Shown one piece after another: positions 1 through 7,790 of a DNA stretch of 64,000 bases. Every line of letters begins with the position of its first letter. Position 1 is the stretch's first letter. Where the stretch lies: assembly GCA_003228105.1 (NCBI GenBank), contig QGNN01000002.1, positions 26 through 64,025 on the forward strand, given 5' to 3'. The translations under genes and the position numbers were made by a program. The notes beneath the pieces were generated by a model. That model saw only the letters and a program-made list of their open reading frames with translations, searched no databases and was not told the DNA's origin. This DNA is from Chloroflexota bacterium. GTDB taxonomy: Bacteria > Chloroflexota > Dehalococcoidia > Lucifugimonadales > UBA826.

Positions 1-286
1 CAGTAACGTTAATGTTTGCCCTAACGCACTCTGGCATGATGGAAGCGTCGACGACTCTCAAACTTTTAATGCCGTGGACTTTTCCCGTTTGACCAACCAC
101 TGAATGGAGATCAGATTTAGGCCCCATTTTATTAGTGCAGGAGATATGATGACCTGTCGTGACCTCCTTCATGAACCAGTAGTTTAGCGATTCATCAGAT
201 TGCAAATCAGAGCCTAGCGGGGTTAATCGGGTAGCTAAGATGGATCCGGCGGAACCTGCACCGATTATGATTGTGTCGTATTTCAT
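1..286 (-). pseudogene. GMC-family (choline dehydrogenase-like) oxidoreductase relic with an in-frame internal deletion; the 3' end runs off the window
   Basis: My translation of the minus strand from the ATG at 286..284 gives MKYDTIIIGAGSAGSILATRL (FAD GxGxxG N-terminus). About 10 aa later it joins the GMC C-terminal signature HHISCTNKMGPKSDLHSVVGQTGKVHGIKSLRVVDASIMPE. The roughly 400-aa middle of the protein is absent. Confidence 0.6.
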
Positions 287-335
287 GCTGTGACCATTCC
301 TTAAGTCAATTTTTATTTATTTAGAACGTTAAAAC

Positions 336-1460
336 TTATTCGTCTATAAAATTTTTAAGTGCGTCAGGGTCAACTTCCAAACCCAGACCAGGTCTTTCTG
401 GTAGAGAGATAACCCCATTTTTCGGCAGCACTGGTTCCTTATACAGCCTAGATACCTCCTCGGCTGGGCCTGTGAACTCCTCTGAAAATTCATGAGGTCG
501 GACCGCATTTGTAATGGTGGAATAGAGATGAAGGCTGGCCATTGAATTCGCTCCAATACTTGGACTGTGTGGCATAACAATTTTATTGTGAACCACCGCT
601 AACTCATAAACACGTATCATTTCTGATAAACCACCAACGTTTAATACATCTGGTTGGAGTATGTCCGGGTTGCCGAGCTCTATAAGGTCTCGAAACCTCC
701 ACGACGATATTTCCTGTTCACCTGTAGAAACTGCACAATCAAGAGCATCAACGACTTGCTTCAGGCCTGGGAAATCATATTGTGGGAGTGGTTCTTCAAA
801 ATGCGCTATTCCTAATTGTTCGAATCTTCTTCCTTGTTCAATCGCTGTAGGGACCGAATACCCACAATTAGCATCAAAGCTTAACGGGCAGTCATCTGGT
901 AACCATTCGCGACATTTTTGGAAAATGGCCAAATCCTTTTTTGGATCTGAATCTTGTCGATAATCTCTCCAATCCATTCTTACCTTGAACGCTCTATAAC
1001 CCTTGTCAAATCCCTCTTGTACCTCTTCCAACATTTCTTCAGGACTTTTGCTCCATCCATTGCCCCTGCTCCAATAAAGAGGAATATCGGTTCTGCTGGC
1101 ACCACCTAGAAGCTGGAATATCGGTAAATTAGTTGACTTACCGGCTATATCCCAAAGGGCCACATCAACCGAACCGACAATTTGTGAAGGAAAACGTGTT
1201 GCTTGCTGCCCTTCGCCTAAGGTTAACAACTCCCATACCTTTCGAGGTCGGGTGGGGTCAGCTCCGACTAATAGAGGCTTTATCAATTCCTCCAAATAGG
1301 CTCTTACAACTTTTAAATTTCTTCCTGCCTCGGAAATTCCGGTTATACCTTCGTCAGTGTGTACTTGCAAAAGAAGACGGCCCGGCTTGCCCACAAAGCT
1401 TCTCGCATTGTCTTCCTGAGGAGCTCGGATACGATTTACGGTGATATCAGTGATTTTCAA
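336..1460 (-). CDS. enolase-superfamily enzyme (mandelate racemase / acid-sugar dehydratase type)
   Basis: 374-aa ORF. Capping domain MKITDITVNRI...TDEGITGISE; barrel strands with FKVRMD; metal-ligand contexts FDANCGY, FEEPL, STGEQE; IVMPHSP near the end. Confidence 0.85.
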   Translation of the reverse strand: MKITDITVNRIRAPQEDNARSFVGKPGRLLLQVHTDEGITGISEAGRNLKVVRAYLEELIKPLLVGADPTRPRKVWELLTLGEGQQATRFPSQIVGSVDVALWDIAGKSTNLPIFQLLGGASRTDIPLYWSRGNGWSKSPEEMLEEVQEGFDKGYRAFKVRMDWRDYRQDSDPKKDLAIFQKCREWLPDDCPLSFDANCGYSVPTAIEQGRRFEQLGIAHFEEPLPQYDFPGLKQVVDALDCAVSTGEQEISSWRFRDLIELGNPDILQPDVLNVGGLSEMIRVYELAVVHNKIVMPHSPSIGANSMASLHLYSTITNAVRPHEFSEEFTGPAEEVSRLYKEPVLPKNGVISLPERPGLGLEVDPDALKNFIDE

Positions 1461-1503
1461 GTTAACCTTCCGCTTGTATGTAGAAATTCGTTATTAATGT
1501 CGA

Positions 1504-2055
1504 TCATTTCTTTTTTTTGATCAATAGAACTGCGACCGCAGTGGACAGTATGCCAAAGGCTGAGCCGACAACGACCTTCAGAGAATGCTTTTTAGCTGAT
1601 TTATACAATGGTATGAATTTGTTTCCTATGGCTGCGGAAGTCTCTTTTCCTGCAGCTACAGTATTTCTTACATAACTAGCTCTCGAGCTTTTTGAACCTG
1701 GATCAGAAATGCGGGTTGGAATGTTAATGGAACGGATGATCTTTTTCGCCTCTTGAGATAAAAGTTCGGGATTGGAGGAAAATTCTTTCCATATTGCCAA
1801 TTCCATTCTGCTTCCTTTTTGCATGCCAGAGGCTTTTCTAGGATCCAACGCTGCAAATTTCCGAAGCTTTAGGGCAATGGCATCAGGATTTCTAAATTTA
1901 ATAGGATCAGATGTAGTATATGGGTCTGTAAGATGCCTCAAACAGGCGCTTAACTCTTTGGCTTCAATACTATTTTCCCGTATACGGCCATGGTTCATAT
2001 ACGTGTGAAGCGCCAGGATTGTTTCCTCTCTGCTCCACGGGGGTATCCTTACCAT
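1504..2055 (-). CDS. hypothetical tail-anchored protein; its N-terminal domain resembles the one that precedes HNH nucleases (COG3183-type), but no HNH domain is present
   Basis: PPWSREETILALHTYMNHG...FRNPDAIALKLRKFAALDP...AIWKEFSSNPELL matches, from memory, the W-x-EE-LAL...FRN...KL-NF-LDP...WxEF module. The C-terminus VVVGSAFGILSTAVAVLLIKKKK is a single TM helix. Confidence 0.5.
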   Translation of the reverse strand: MVRIPPWSREETILALHTYMNHGRIRENSIEAKELSACLRHLTDPYTTSDPIKFRNPDAIALKLRKFAALDPRKASGMQKGSRMELAIWKEFSSNPELLSQEAKKIIRSINIPTRISDPGSKSSRASYVRNTVAAGKETSAAIGNKFIPLYKSAKKHSLKVVVGSAFGILSTAVAVLLIKKKK

Positions 2056-2170
2056 ATTATTATCCTTGCTTATTAAATGGATTTGAAACTTACATAAAGA
2101 TCAAAAATTCTGCAAATTTATAAGGTGGATTCTATTAGGTTATACTTCATGTAATAAATAAAAATCATAA

Positions 2171-3328
2171 ATGAGTTTAAGAACCATAGACGAGACACCC
2201 AAAATTCTAACTTCTTCAGATGATCTAGAGAAGATCATTGAGGATTCATTGTCTAACCGTTACGTAAGCATTGACATAGAAGGAAACGGTTTCTTCCGAT
2301 ATCCAGAATATGTATGTTTGATCCAACTTTGTGTAGGTGAAGATATATACCTTGTTGATCCGCTAGCAATAGATGACTTATCTTCCCTAGGTAAAGTGCT
2401 CGATAACGATAAAATTGTCAAAATCCTTCATGCTGGTGATTATGATGTTCGTAGTCTGAATAGAGATTATGATTTTTCATTTCGCAATGTTTTCGACACC
2501 AGCCTAGCCGCTGCTCTTTTAGGATCAAAGAAATTGGGACTCGATTCGGTTTTGAAAGAATATATCGATGCTGATGTGACCAAAGATAAAAAGCTTCAGA
2601 GGAGCGACTGGAGTATACGACCCCTTAGTAAAGAGGCTAGAAAGTATGCGGCGGATGACGTCAGGTATTTATTCCGAGCTATGGAAGTTATGACAAACAA
2701 ACTCGAAAGCCTCGGACGGATTTCATGGTTGAAAGAGGAGTGTGAGAGGCTGCAACTTGTAAAGTTCAATCCTAGAGATGAGGACACCGCCTTTTTGGAA
2801 GTTAAAGGAAGTAAAAACTTAGATGGTAAGGCTTTGTCAGTGTTGCAATCGTTATATTCCGTCCGAGAAGATGAGGCTATAGGCAGGGATCGACCACCTT
2901 TTAAAATCGTAGGAGATTCAGTGTTAGTGGCTATTGCCAGGGAACCTTATTCCAATTATTCAGAGATTAAGGGGATTGGTATGTGGGGTCGCCTCGAAGT
3001 GTCGAAACGGATTAGAAAAGTAGTGACAGAAGCCCTCAATCAGCCCCCGGTTGAACGACCTCGCAGGCAAAACACAAGAACGAATGTAATGTCGAGTAAA
3101 GAAAGAGAAAAGGCTAATACCAGATTGAAAGAATTAAAGGAATGGAGGAAGGCGCTGGGGGAAAATATTGGTATAGATCCTAGCCTTTTATGGCCAACTA
3201 TTAGTCTTGACAGACTTTCCAGAGATCCAAGTAGGTTTGGGGAAGAGGTATCAGAACCTCAGGTAAGGAAATGGCAATATCTAGAATTCGGGAAAAAATT
3301 AGAAGCTAAATTAGCCTGTATACTGTAG
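2171..3328 (+). CDS. rnd: ribonuclease D (DEDDy 3'-5' exonuclease plus HRDC domain)
   Basis: 385 aa. Exo motifs SIDIEGNG, KILHAGDYDVRSL, YAADDVRYL; C-terminal HRDC-like region. Confidence 0.85.
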   Translation: MSLRTIDETPKILTSSDDLEKIIEDSLSNRYVSIDIEGNGFFRYPEYVCLIQLCVGEDIYLVDPLAIDDLSSLGKVLDNDKIVKILHAGDYDVRSLNRDYDFSFRNVFDTSLAAALLGSKKLGLDSVLKEYIDADVTKDKKLQRSDWSIRPLSKEARKYAADDVRYLFRAMEVMTNKLESLGRISWLKEECERLQLVKFNPRDEDTAFLEVKGSKNLDGKALSVLQSLYSVREDEAIGRDRPPFKIVGDSVLVAIAREPYSNYSEIKGIGMWGRLEVSKRIRKVVTEALNQPPVERPRRQNTRTNVMSSKEREKANTRLKELKEWRKALGENIGIDPSLLWPTISLDRLSRDPSRFGEEVSEPQVRKWQYLEFGKKLEAKLACIL

Positions 3329-3376
3329 ACTACGCCCCCATTTACTAAGAGGTATACGTATGGATTTTTTGGTCTC

Positions 3377-3718
3377 GTGGTGGTTATTATTTATTTTATT
3401 TCGATCTTTTTTTTTGTTACCAGTTTGTGTTTCAAACTTAAATCCGCAGTCTCGGAGCTGAAATCACGACTTAGGAGTCAGTCCACCCGATACGGCCAAA
3501 TAACCGAACAGTTTTTACCTTTAGTTGAAGCTTACCCTTGGGATAGCAAACAATTTAGATTTCTCGGCAGCCCAATCGATGGGATACAGTTCGAAGAAGA
3601 CAAAATAGTTTTGGTGGAATTCAAGTCTTCTTTTAGTCAGATGTCTGTCAAGCAGAGAAAAATAAAGGAATTGGTTGAACAAGGGAAAGTTGAATTTGAA
3701 TTGATAAGAGTAGGATAA
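3377..3718 (+). CDS. membrane-anchored endonuclease related to archaeal Holliday-junction resolvase (COG4741 / Endonuc_Holl-like)
   Basis: Hydrophobic N-terminus, coiled segment, then GQITEQFLPL...FRFLGSPIDGIQFEEDKIVLVEFKS...QRKIKELVEQGKVEFELIRV. The start is uncertain: GTG at 3377 has no SD, while an SD-preceded ATG at 3360 is one frame off across a T9 run. Confidence 0.55.
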   Translation: MVVIIYFISIFFFVTSLCFKLKSAVSELKSRLRSQSTRYGQITEQFLPLVEAYPWDSKQFRFLGSPIDGIQFEEDKIVLVEFKSSFSQMSVKQRKIKELVEQGKVEFELIRVG

Positions 3719-3742
3719 AAAGTACAAAAGAGTTTTAATGAT

Positions 3743-4816
3743 ATGAGCAATTTATTTACCCCTATCACGATAAGAGGGGAAAAAATACGGAACAGGCTTT
3801 TCGTAGCACCTATGTGTCAATATTCAGCTAATAATGAAGATGGCGTGGCAACAGATTGGCATATGGTTCATTTAGGGACTAGAGCTGTGGGAGGTGCTGG
3901 ACTTGTCATGGCTGAGGCGACGGCGGTATCCCCTGAGGGAAGAATATCCCCGCAAGATCTGGGTATTTGGTCTGATGAACAGGCTTCTGTATTGCAGCCG
4001 ATTGCCAGTTTTATTGATTCGCAAGGGGCAACTCCCTCTATTCAACTGGCCCATGCAGGTAGGAAAGCATCACACAAAAGACCATGGGAAGGTGGCGATG
4101 TTTTAACAAAAGAGAAGGGTGGATGGGATATAGTCGGACCTAGTTCGCTTGAATTTGACGAAGGGTGGGTTGTCCCTGATGAACTGACAATGGAGGATAT
4201 AGATTCAATAATCTCAGCCTTCTCCATATCTGCAGTTCGGTCTGTTGAAGCGGGATTTAGAGTATTGGAATTACATTTAGCTCATGGATACTTGGCTTGT
4301 GAGTTCATGTCACCCCTATCCAATAATAGGAACGACAGGTATGGAGGAACACTGAGGAATAGGTGTCGATTACCCATAGACATTGTCTCTGCAGTAAGAA
4401 AGTCTATTCCAGAGTCTATGCCGTTATTGGTTCGCATATCTGCAACGGAATATATGCCAGACGGGTGGTCGCTTGAAGATTCAATAGAACTTTCAGGTTG
4501 GTTAAAGGAGGAGGGTGTTGATATGATAGATTGTTCCTCCGGTGGAAATTCACCGTCTCAAAACTTGGATGCATTCCCTGGATATCAGGTACCGTTTGCA
4601 GCTGCCATAAAAAAAGAAGTTGGAATTTTAACTGGAGCAGTTGGTTTGATTACCGACGCTTCTCAAGCTGAGCAAACTCTGCGGAATGGAGAGGCAGATG
4701 CTATTCTTCTGGGAAGAGAACTACTCAGGAATCCTTACTGGCCGTTGAACGCGCAGGTTGAGTTAGATGGTCAAGATTCTGTATGGCCACCTCAGTATGT
4801 GAGGGCGAGGCGGTAG
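3743..4816 (+). CDS. namA: NADPH dehydrogenase, Old Yellow Enzyme family (YqjM/NamA type)
   Basis: 357 aa. LFTPITIRGEKIRNRLFVAPMCQYSA, HLAHGYL, RNDRYGG, LLGRELLRNPYWP. Confidence 0.85.
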   Translation: MSNLFTPITIRGEKIRNRLFVAPMCQYSANNEDGVATDWHMVHLGTRAVGGAGLVMAEATAVSPEGRISPQDLGIWSDEQASVLQPIASFIDSQGATPSIQLAHAGRKASHKRPWEGGDVLTKEKGGWDIVGPSSLEFDEGWVVPDELTMEDIDSIISAFSISAVRSVEAGFRVLELHLAHGYLACEFMSPLSNNRNDRYGGTLRNRCRLPIDIVSAVRKSIPESMPLLVRISATEYMPDGWSLEDSIELSGWLKEEGVDMIDCSSGGNSPSQNLDAFPGYQVPFAAAIKKEVGILTGAVGLITDASQAEQTLRNGEADAILLGRELLRNPYWPLNAQVELDGQDSVWPPQYVRARR

Positions 4817-4831
4817 ATAATAAATATAGAT

Positions 4832-4981
4832 CTATTTAAGCCAGTTCCGGATCAAAAAAATACCGATTCCAATTACGAAGCCGACCGCTGTCATTTCAAT
4901 ATTTCCTTTTATGAGTCCTCCAGTAACGAGCCCCAATGACACAGAAAATGCGCCGACAAGAATAAACCAACCCCTACTCAT
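4832..4981 (-). CDS. small (49 aa) two-helix membrane protein, hypothetical
   Basis: My translation: MSRGWFILVGAFSVSLGLVTGGLIKGNIEMTAVGFVIGIGIFLIRNWLK*. AAGGA lies about 10 nt upstream. It falls below the ORF-track length cutoff. Confidence 0.35.
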   Translation of the reverse strand: MSRGWFILVGAFSVSLGLVTGGLIKGNIEMTAVGFVIGIGIFLIRNWLK

Positions 4982-5091
4982 AAAATATTTTCCTTTGTAA
5001 TAATTGACTTTAACGTTTATCTTAACCCCTAGAGAACATTACAAATAGATTTTTTTGGGGCAGTCTTTATTAGGTATATTAAGGAGCAGGT

Positions 5092-5583
5092 ATGGATACG
5101 GAAATTTTGCGATTAGCGAACCTGACAGCGGATCTTCTAATTGAATCTAATCAAACTATTGGAATTGCAGAATCATCTTCTGGTGGTTTAATTTCAGCGC
5201 ATTTGCTGGCTATACCCGGGGCTTCTAAATATTTTGTGGGTGGATCCGTCATATATACCAGAGTGGCGCAACGCAATTTATTAGCGGTAAATGATGAACA
5301 AATGGAAGGATTGAGAGCTTCCACAGAGCAATATGCCTCCCTGAATGCCAAAACGATACGGGAATTGCTAGGTACTACATGGGGGTTGAGTGAGACTGGA
5401 GCCACGGGCCCTACAGGGAACCGGTATGGAGATTCTGCTGGTCATTCCTGCATTGGTGTTTCAGGCCCTTTATCCCGCTCCAAAACTTTGGAAACCGGGA
5501 TCGAAAAAAGAGAAGAAAATATGGTCTCTTTTACCAAGGGGTCTTTAGCGTTTCTAATAGAGTGCCTGGAAGAGAATCGGTAA
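5092..5583 (+). CDS. CinA-family protein (stand-alone C-terminal domain, PncC-like nicotinamide-nucleotide amidohydrolase)
   Basis: 163 aa. IGIAESSSGGLISAHLLAIPGASKYFVGGSVIYT motif; AAGGAG SD upstream of the ATG. Confidence 0.8.
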   Translation: MDTEILRLANLTADLLIESNQTIGIAESSSGGLISAHLLAIPGASKYFVGGSVIYTRVAQRNLLAVNDEQMEGLRASTEQYASLNAKTIRELLGTTWGLSETGATGPTGNRYGDSAGHSCIGVSGPLSRSKTLETGIEKREENMVSFTKGSLAFLIECLEENR

Positions 5584-5584
5584 C

Positions 5585-5908
5585 TTTACTTCGATATTTA
5601 TTTCATTATCGGTTTTTGGCCTCGGAATGGGGGGTATAGGTGCTCTCGGGCCATTGGCAGTAACTGAACTTTTCGGTATGAAAAATTACGGGACTCTGAA
5701 CGGTTTAATTCGGCAGGGAGTTATTATTCCTGGGATAGCCGGTCCTTTATTAGCTGGGGCTATTTATGACAGTCAAGGTAGTTACGATCTAGCTTTCAAA
5801 ATAATTTTGGGGTTTCTGTTTTTATCGTTTTTGTGTTTTATTTTAGCTAGTCCTCCGGCAAGGGAAGAAGATTCCCGAAACCGAAGAACTGGAAACGCTA
5901 AACTCTAA
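5585..5908 (+). pseudogene. 3' stump of an MFS (oxalate/formate antiporter-like) transporter gene, last 3 or so TM helices only
   Basis: The open frame starts right at the stop of the upstream gene. NLTSIFISLSVFGLGMGGIGALGPLAVTELFGMKNYGTLNGLI...AGPLLAGAIYDSQGSYDLAF parallels the C-terminus of the intact MFS at 18229..19431 (FGVKHFGTIMGVI...GPIIAGMSFDATGSYAVAF). There is no N-terminal half. Confidence 0.65.
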
Positions 5909-6815
5909 TAAATTTTTGAAGTCGGGCACCGTCCAAAGTTTCACCGACGTATAGGCTTCCCTCTGAGTCAATCCCAACTGCGTGAGCGGCCACTATATCA
6001 CCAGCGGTATGTGTGTCCGCGCCCCATCCACCTAGCCACTGTCCATTTTTTGTCATAATTTTGACTCCAGAATGAGGAGTAACAACGGTGACTTCATCAG
6101 GATCAGCCCCTTGCCTCATGCCAAGTTCAGTCACGTACATCGCTCCGTCTTTACCATGCAAAATTTCATTTGGCTTGTGAACTCCTTTCCATTCTGAGAC
6201 ATATTGTCCTGATGATGTAAAAATCTGAATTCGGTTGTTCTCACGATCTGCCACATAAACAAGACCAGAAGGGTCTACCTCAACGCCGTGTGGAAGCATA
6301 AATTGTCCGGGTCCAGTTCCTCTTTCACCCCATGACCCAATTAACTTTCCTTCAGGCGTGTAATGATGAATTCTGGAGTTACCGTATCCGTCAGAAATAT
6401 AAATCGAGCCGTTTAGACCAAAAGCTATGTCAGTGGGTTTGTTAAAGGGCTCGCCACTTTGCTCAGGGGCGGGTTCATTTGGGGTACCCAACATCATCAA
6501 TTGTTCGCCTTCAGCCGACCACTTACGTACAGTATGGTCACCTATATCGGTTGTCCATATGGAATCGGCGGGCCCAACTTGCACGTGATGTGCTGATGAG
6601 AAACTATCCTCACCCCACGTGGCTAAAATAGTTCCGTCTTTATCTAATACAATCATTGGGTGCTCGCTTCTGTTGTAGGCGAAAATACGATCCTGACTAT
6701 CAACACAAACCCCCACCACGTGATTCCATTCCCATCCACTCGGTAAAGGGGCCCAGCCAGGAACATTTTCATATGTGTACTCGCCGTAGCTCACTCGTAA
6801 AGGTTTGGTTGCCAT
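5898..6815 (-). CDS. NHL-repeat six-bladed beta-propeller protein
   Basis: 305 aa with repeated blades (GVCVDSQDRIF, PTDIAFGLNGSIYISD, PHGVEVDPSGLVYVADRENNRIQIF, AHAVGIDSEGSLYVGE). Confidence 0.75.
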   Translation of the reverse strand: MATKPLRVSYGEYTYENVPGWAPLPSGWEWNHVVGVCVDSQDRIFAYNRSEHPMIVLDKDGTILATWGEDSFSSAHHVQVGPADSIWTTDIGDHTVRKWSAEGEQLMMLGTPNEPAPEQSGEPFNKPTDIAFGLNGSIYISDGYGNSRIHHYTPEGKLIGSWGERGTGPGQFMLPHGVEVDPSGLVYVADRENNRIQIFTSSGQYVSEWKGVHKPNEILHGKDGAMYVTELGMRQGADPDEVTVVTPHSGVKIMTKNGQWLGGWGADTHTAGDIVAAHAVGIDSEGSLYVGETLDGARLQKFIRV

Positions 6816-7036
6816 TACTTTCTCCCTGAAATATTCGTTATCTGGTTACAGAAACATAGTTTACGTAGAGGTCTTTTGTAGGCTTGGAACTATACTTTGT
6901 TGATTGAATCTATTCAAGATATAGAATTTCCTTTTCTATTGATTGACAGTGTTTTTAGTGAACGATAGACTCTTTTGAGACGAACGACAGTCAACGGATA
7001 CTGTTTTATTAAGGATCATGAATTAAGGAGAATATA

Positions 7037-7228
7037 ATGGGGAAATATAGTTGTGGTGATTGCGGAATGGAAGTACATCCTATTACTTGCGGGAAATGTG
7101 GAACAGAATTGACTCATGTAAATATTGAGAAAGATGACGGTACGACAGTTGGTGTAGCAGAATGTACTAACGGTTGTGGCAAAATTAAGTCACCGATGTG
7201 CTGTGGACACGATATGGCTGCCGCGTAG
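7037..7228 (+). CDS. small Cys-rich metalloprotein (63 aa, 12 Cys), desulforedoxin-like CxxC...CCGxDM signature with an inserted Cys knuckle
   Basis: AAGGAG lies 7 nt upstream of the ATG and a strong terminator lies downstream. YSCGDCGMEV...CGKCG...CTNGCG...MCCGHDM. Confidence 0.7.
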   Translation: MGKYSCGDCGMEVHPITCGKCGTELTHVNIEKDDGTTVGVAECTNGCGKIKSPMCCGHDMAAA

Positions 7229-7254
7229 CTGGACTAACTTGAACAAAGTAATGA

Positions 7255-7288
7255 AATGGGTCGCTTTTGAGCGACCCATTTTTATTTG
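7255..7288 (+). terminator. Rho-independent terminator
   Basis: Perfect 10-bp stem aatgggtcgc / gcgacccatt (7255-7264 / 7271-7280), 6-nt loop, followed by tttatttg. Confidence 0.8.
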
Positions 7289-7297
7289 ACTCCTTTT

Positions 7298-7783
7298 ATG
7301 TTTACTTTCTTAAATCAATATTCATACATATTGGTTTCTCTTTTCATAGTGACCATAGCTTTCTTTTTGGTCTACCGCGCTTTTTCGATAAAACCCGCTT
7401 TACTATCGATTCTAATTCTTGTGCTAGTTGTAGTGTTTTTCCAGAATTCCTTGACGAGTTCCCCTGATGAGTTAAAGGATATTTCTGCTTGGGACTCATT
7501 ACACAATTCTGGTCGCCCCGTCTTACTGTATTTATATTCCGATCTTTGAATTGGATGCCTATCTATGAAACCTGCCGTTGACAGGTTGGAAGTGCAACTG
7601 GATCAGGAATTAATATTCGTTAGGCTAGAAGTGCAAAGCCATGTCGGCAAGATTTTATATAGTAAATACGATGCAAAGCGGGTACCAACTTTCATAATTT
7701 TCGACCAATCTGGAGCTATTCGTTACAGAACTAATGGTGTCCCTGCATACGCTTCAATTAATTATATGTTGGTTGATAATTGA
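7298..7783 (+). CDS. membrane-anchored thioredoxin-fold protein with one in-frame TGA (7547-7549) at the first Cys position of CxxC; candidate selenoprotein (UxxC), alternatively a nonsense pseudogene
   Basis: Track ORFs 7286..7549 and 7565..7783 share a frame. The joined sequence is ...GRPVLLYLYSDL-TGA-IGCLSMKPAVDRLE...KRVPTFIIFDQSG, which matches the thioredoxin core (W-C-G-P-C-K-x-x-x-P ... cis-Pro PT). Two N-terminal TM helices. Confidence 0.55.
7569..7587 (+). promoter_or_regulatory. candidate bacterial SECIS-like hairpin
   Basis: 6-bp stem AACCUG/CAGGUU with a 7-nt loop CCGUUGA (contains GU), starting 19 nt after the in-frame UGA. Confidence 0.3.
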
Positions 7784-7790
7784 TCAGGAC

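Noticed and set aside
344-1444. Track ORFs 344..580(-), 661..963(+) and 1133..1444(+) inside the enolase gene
   Set aside because: They are alternative-frame or antisense shadows of a 374-aa ORF with clear family motifs. They are low-complexity and match no family. The same reasoning applies to the many 60-100-aa overlapping ORFs throughout the track.
7267-7467. 66-aa ORF overlapping the start of the thioredoxin-like gene in another frame
   Set aside because: The 7298.. frame encodes clean TM helices and continues into a thioredoxin fold. The 7267 frame begins inside the terminator hairpin.
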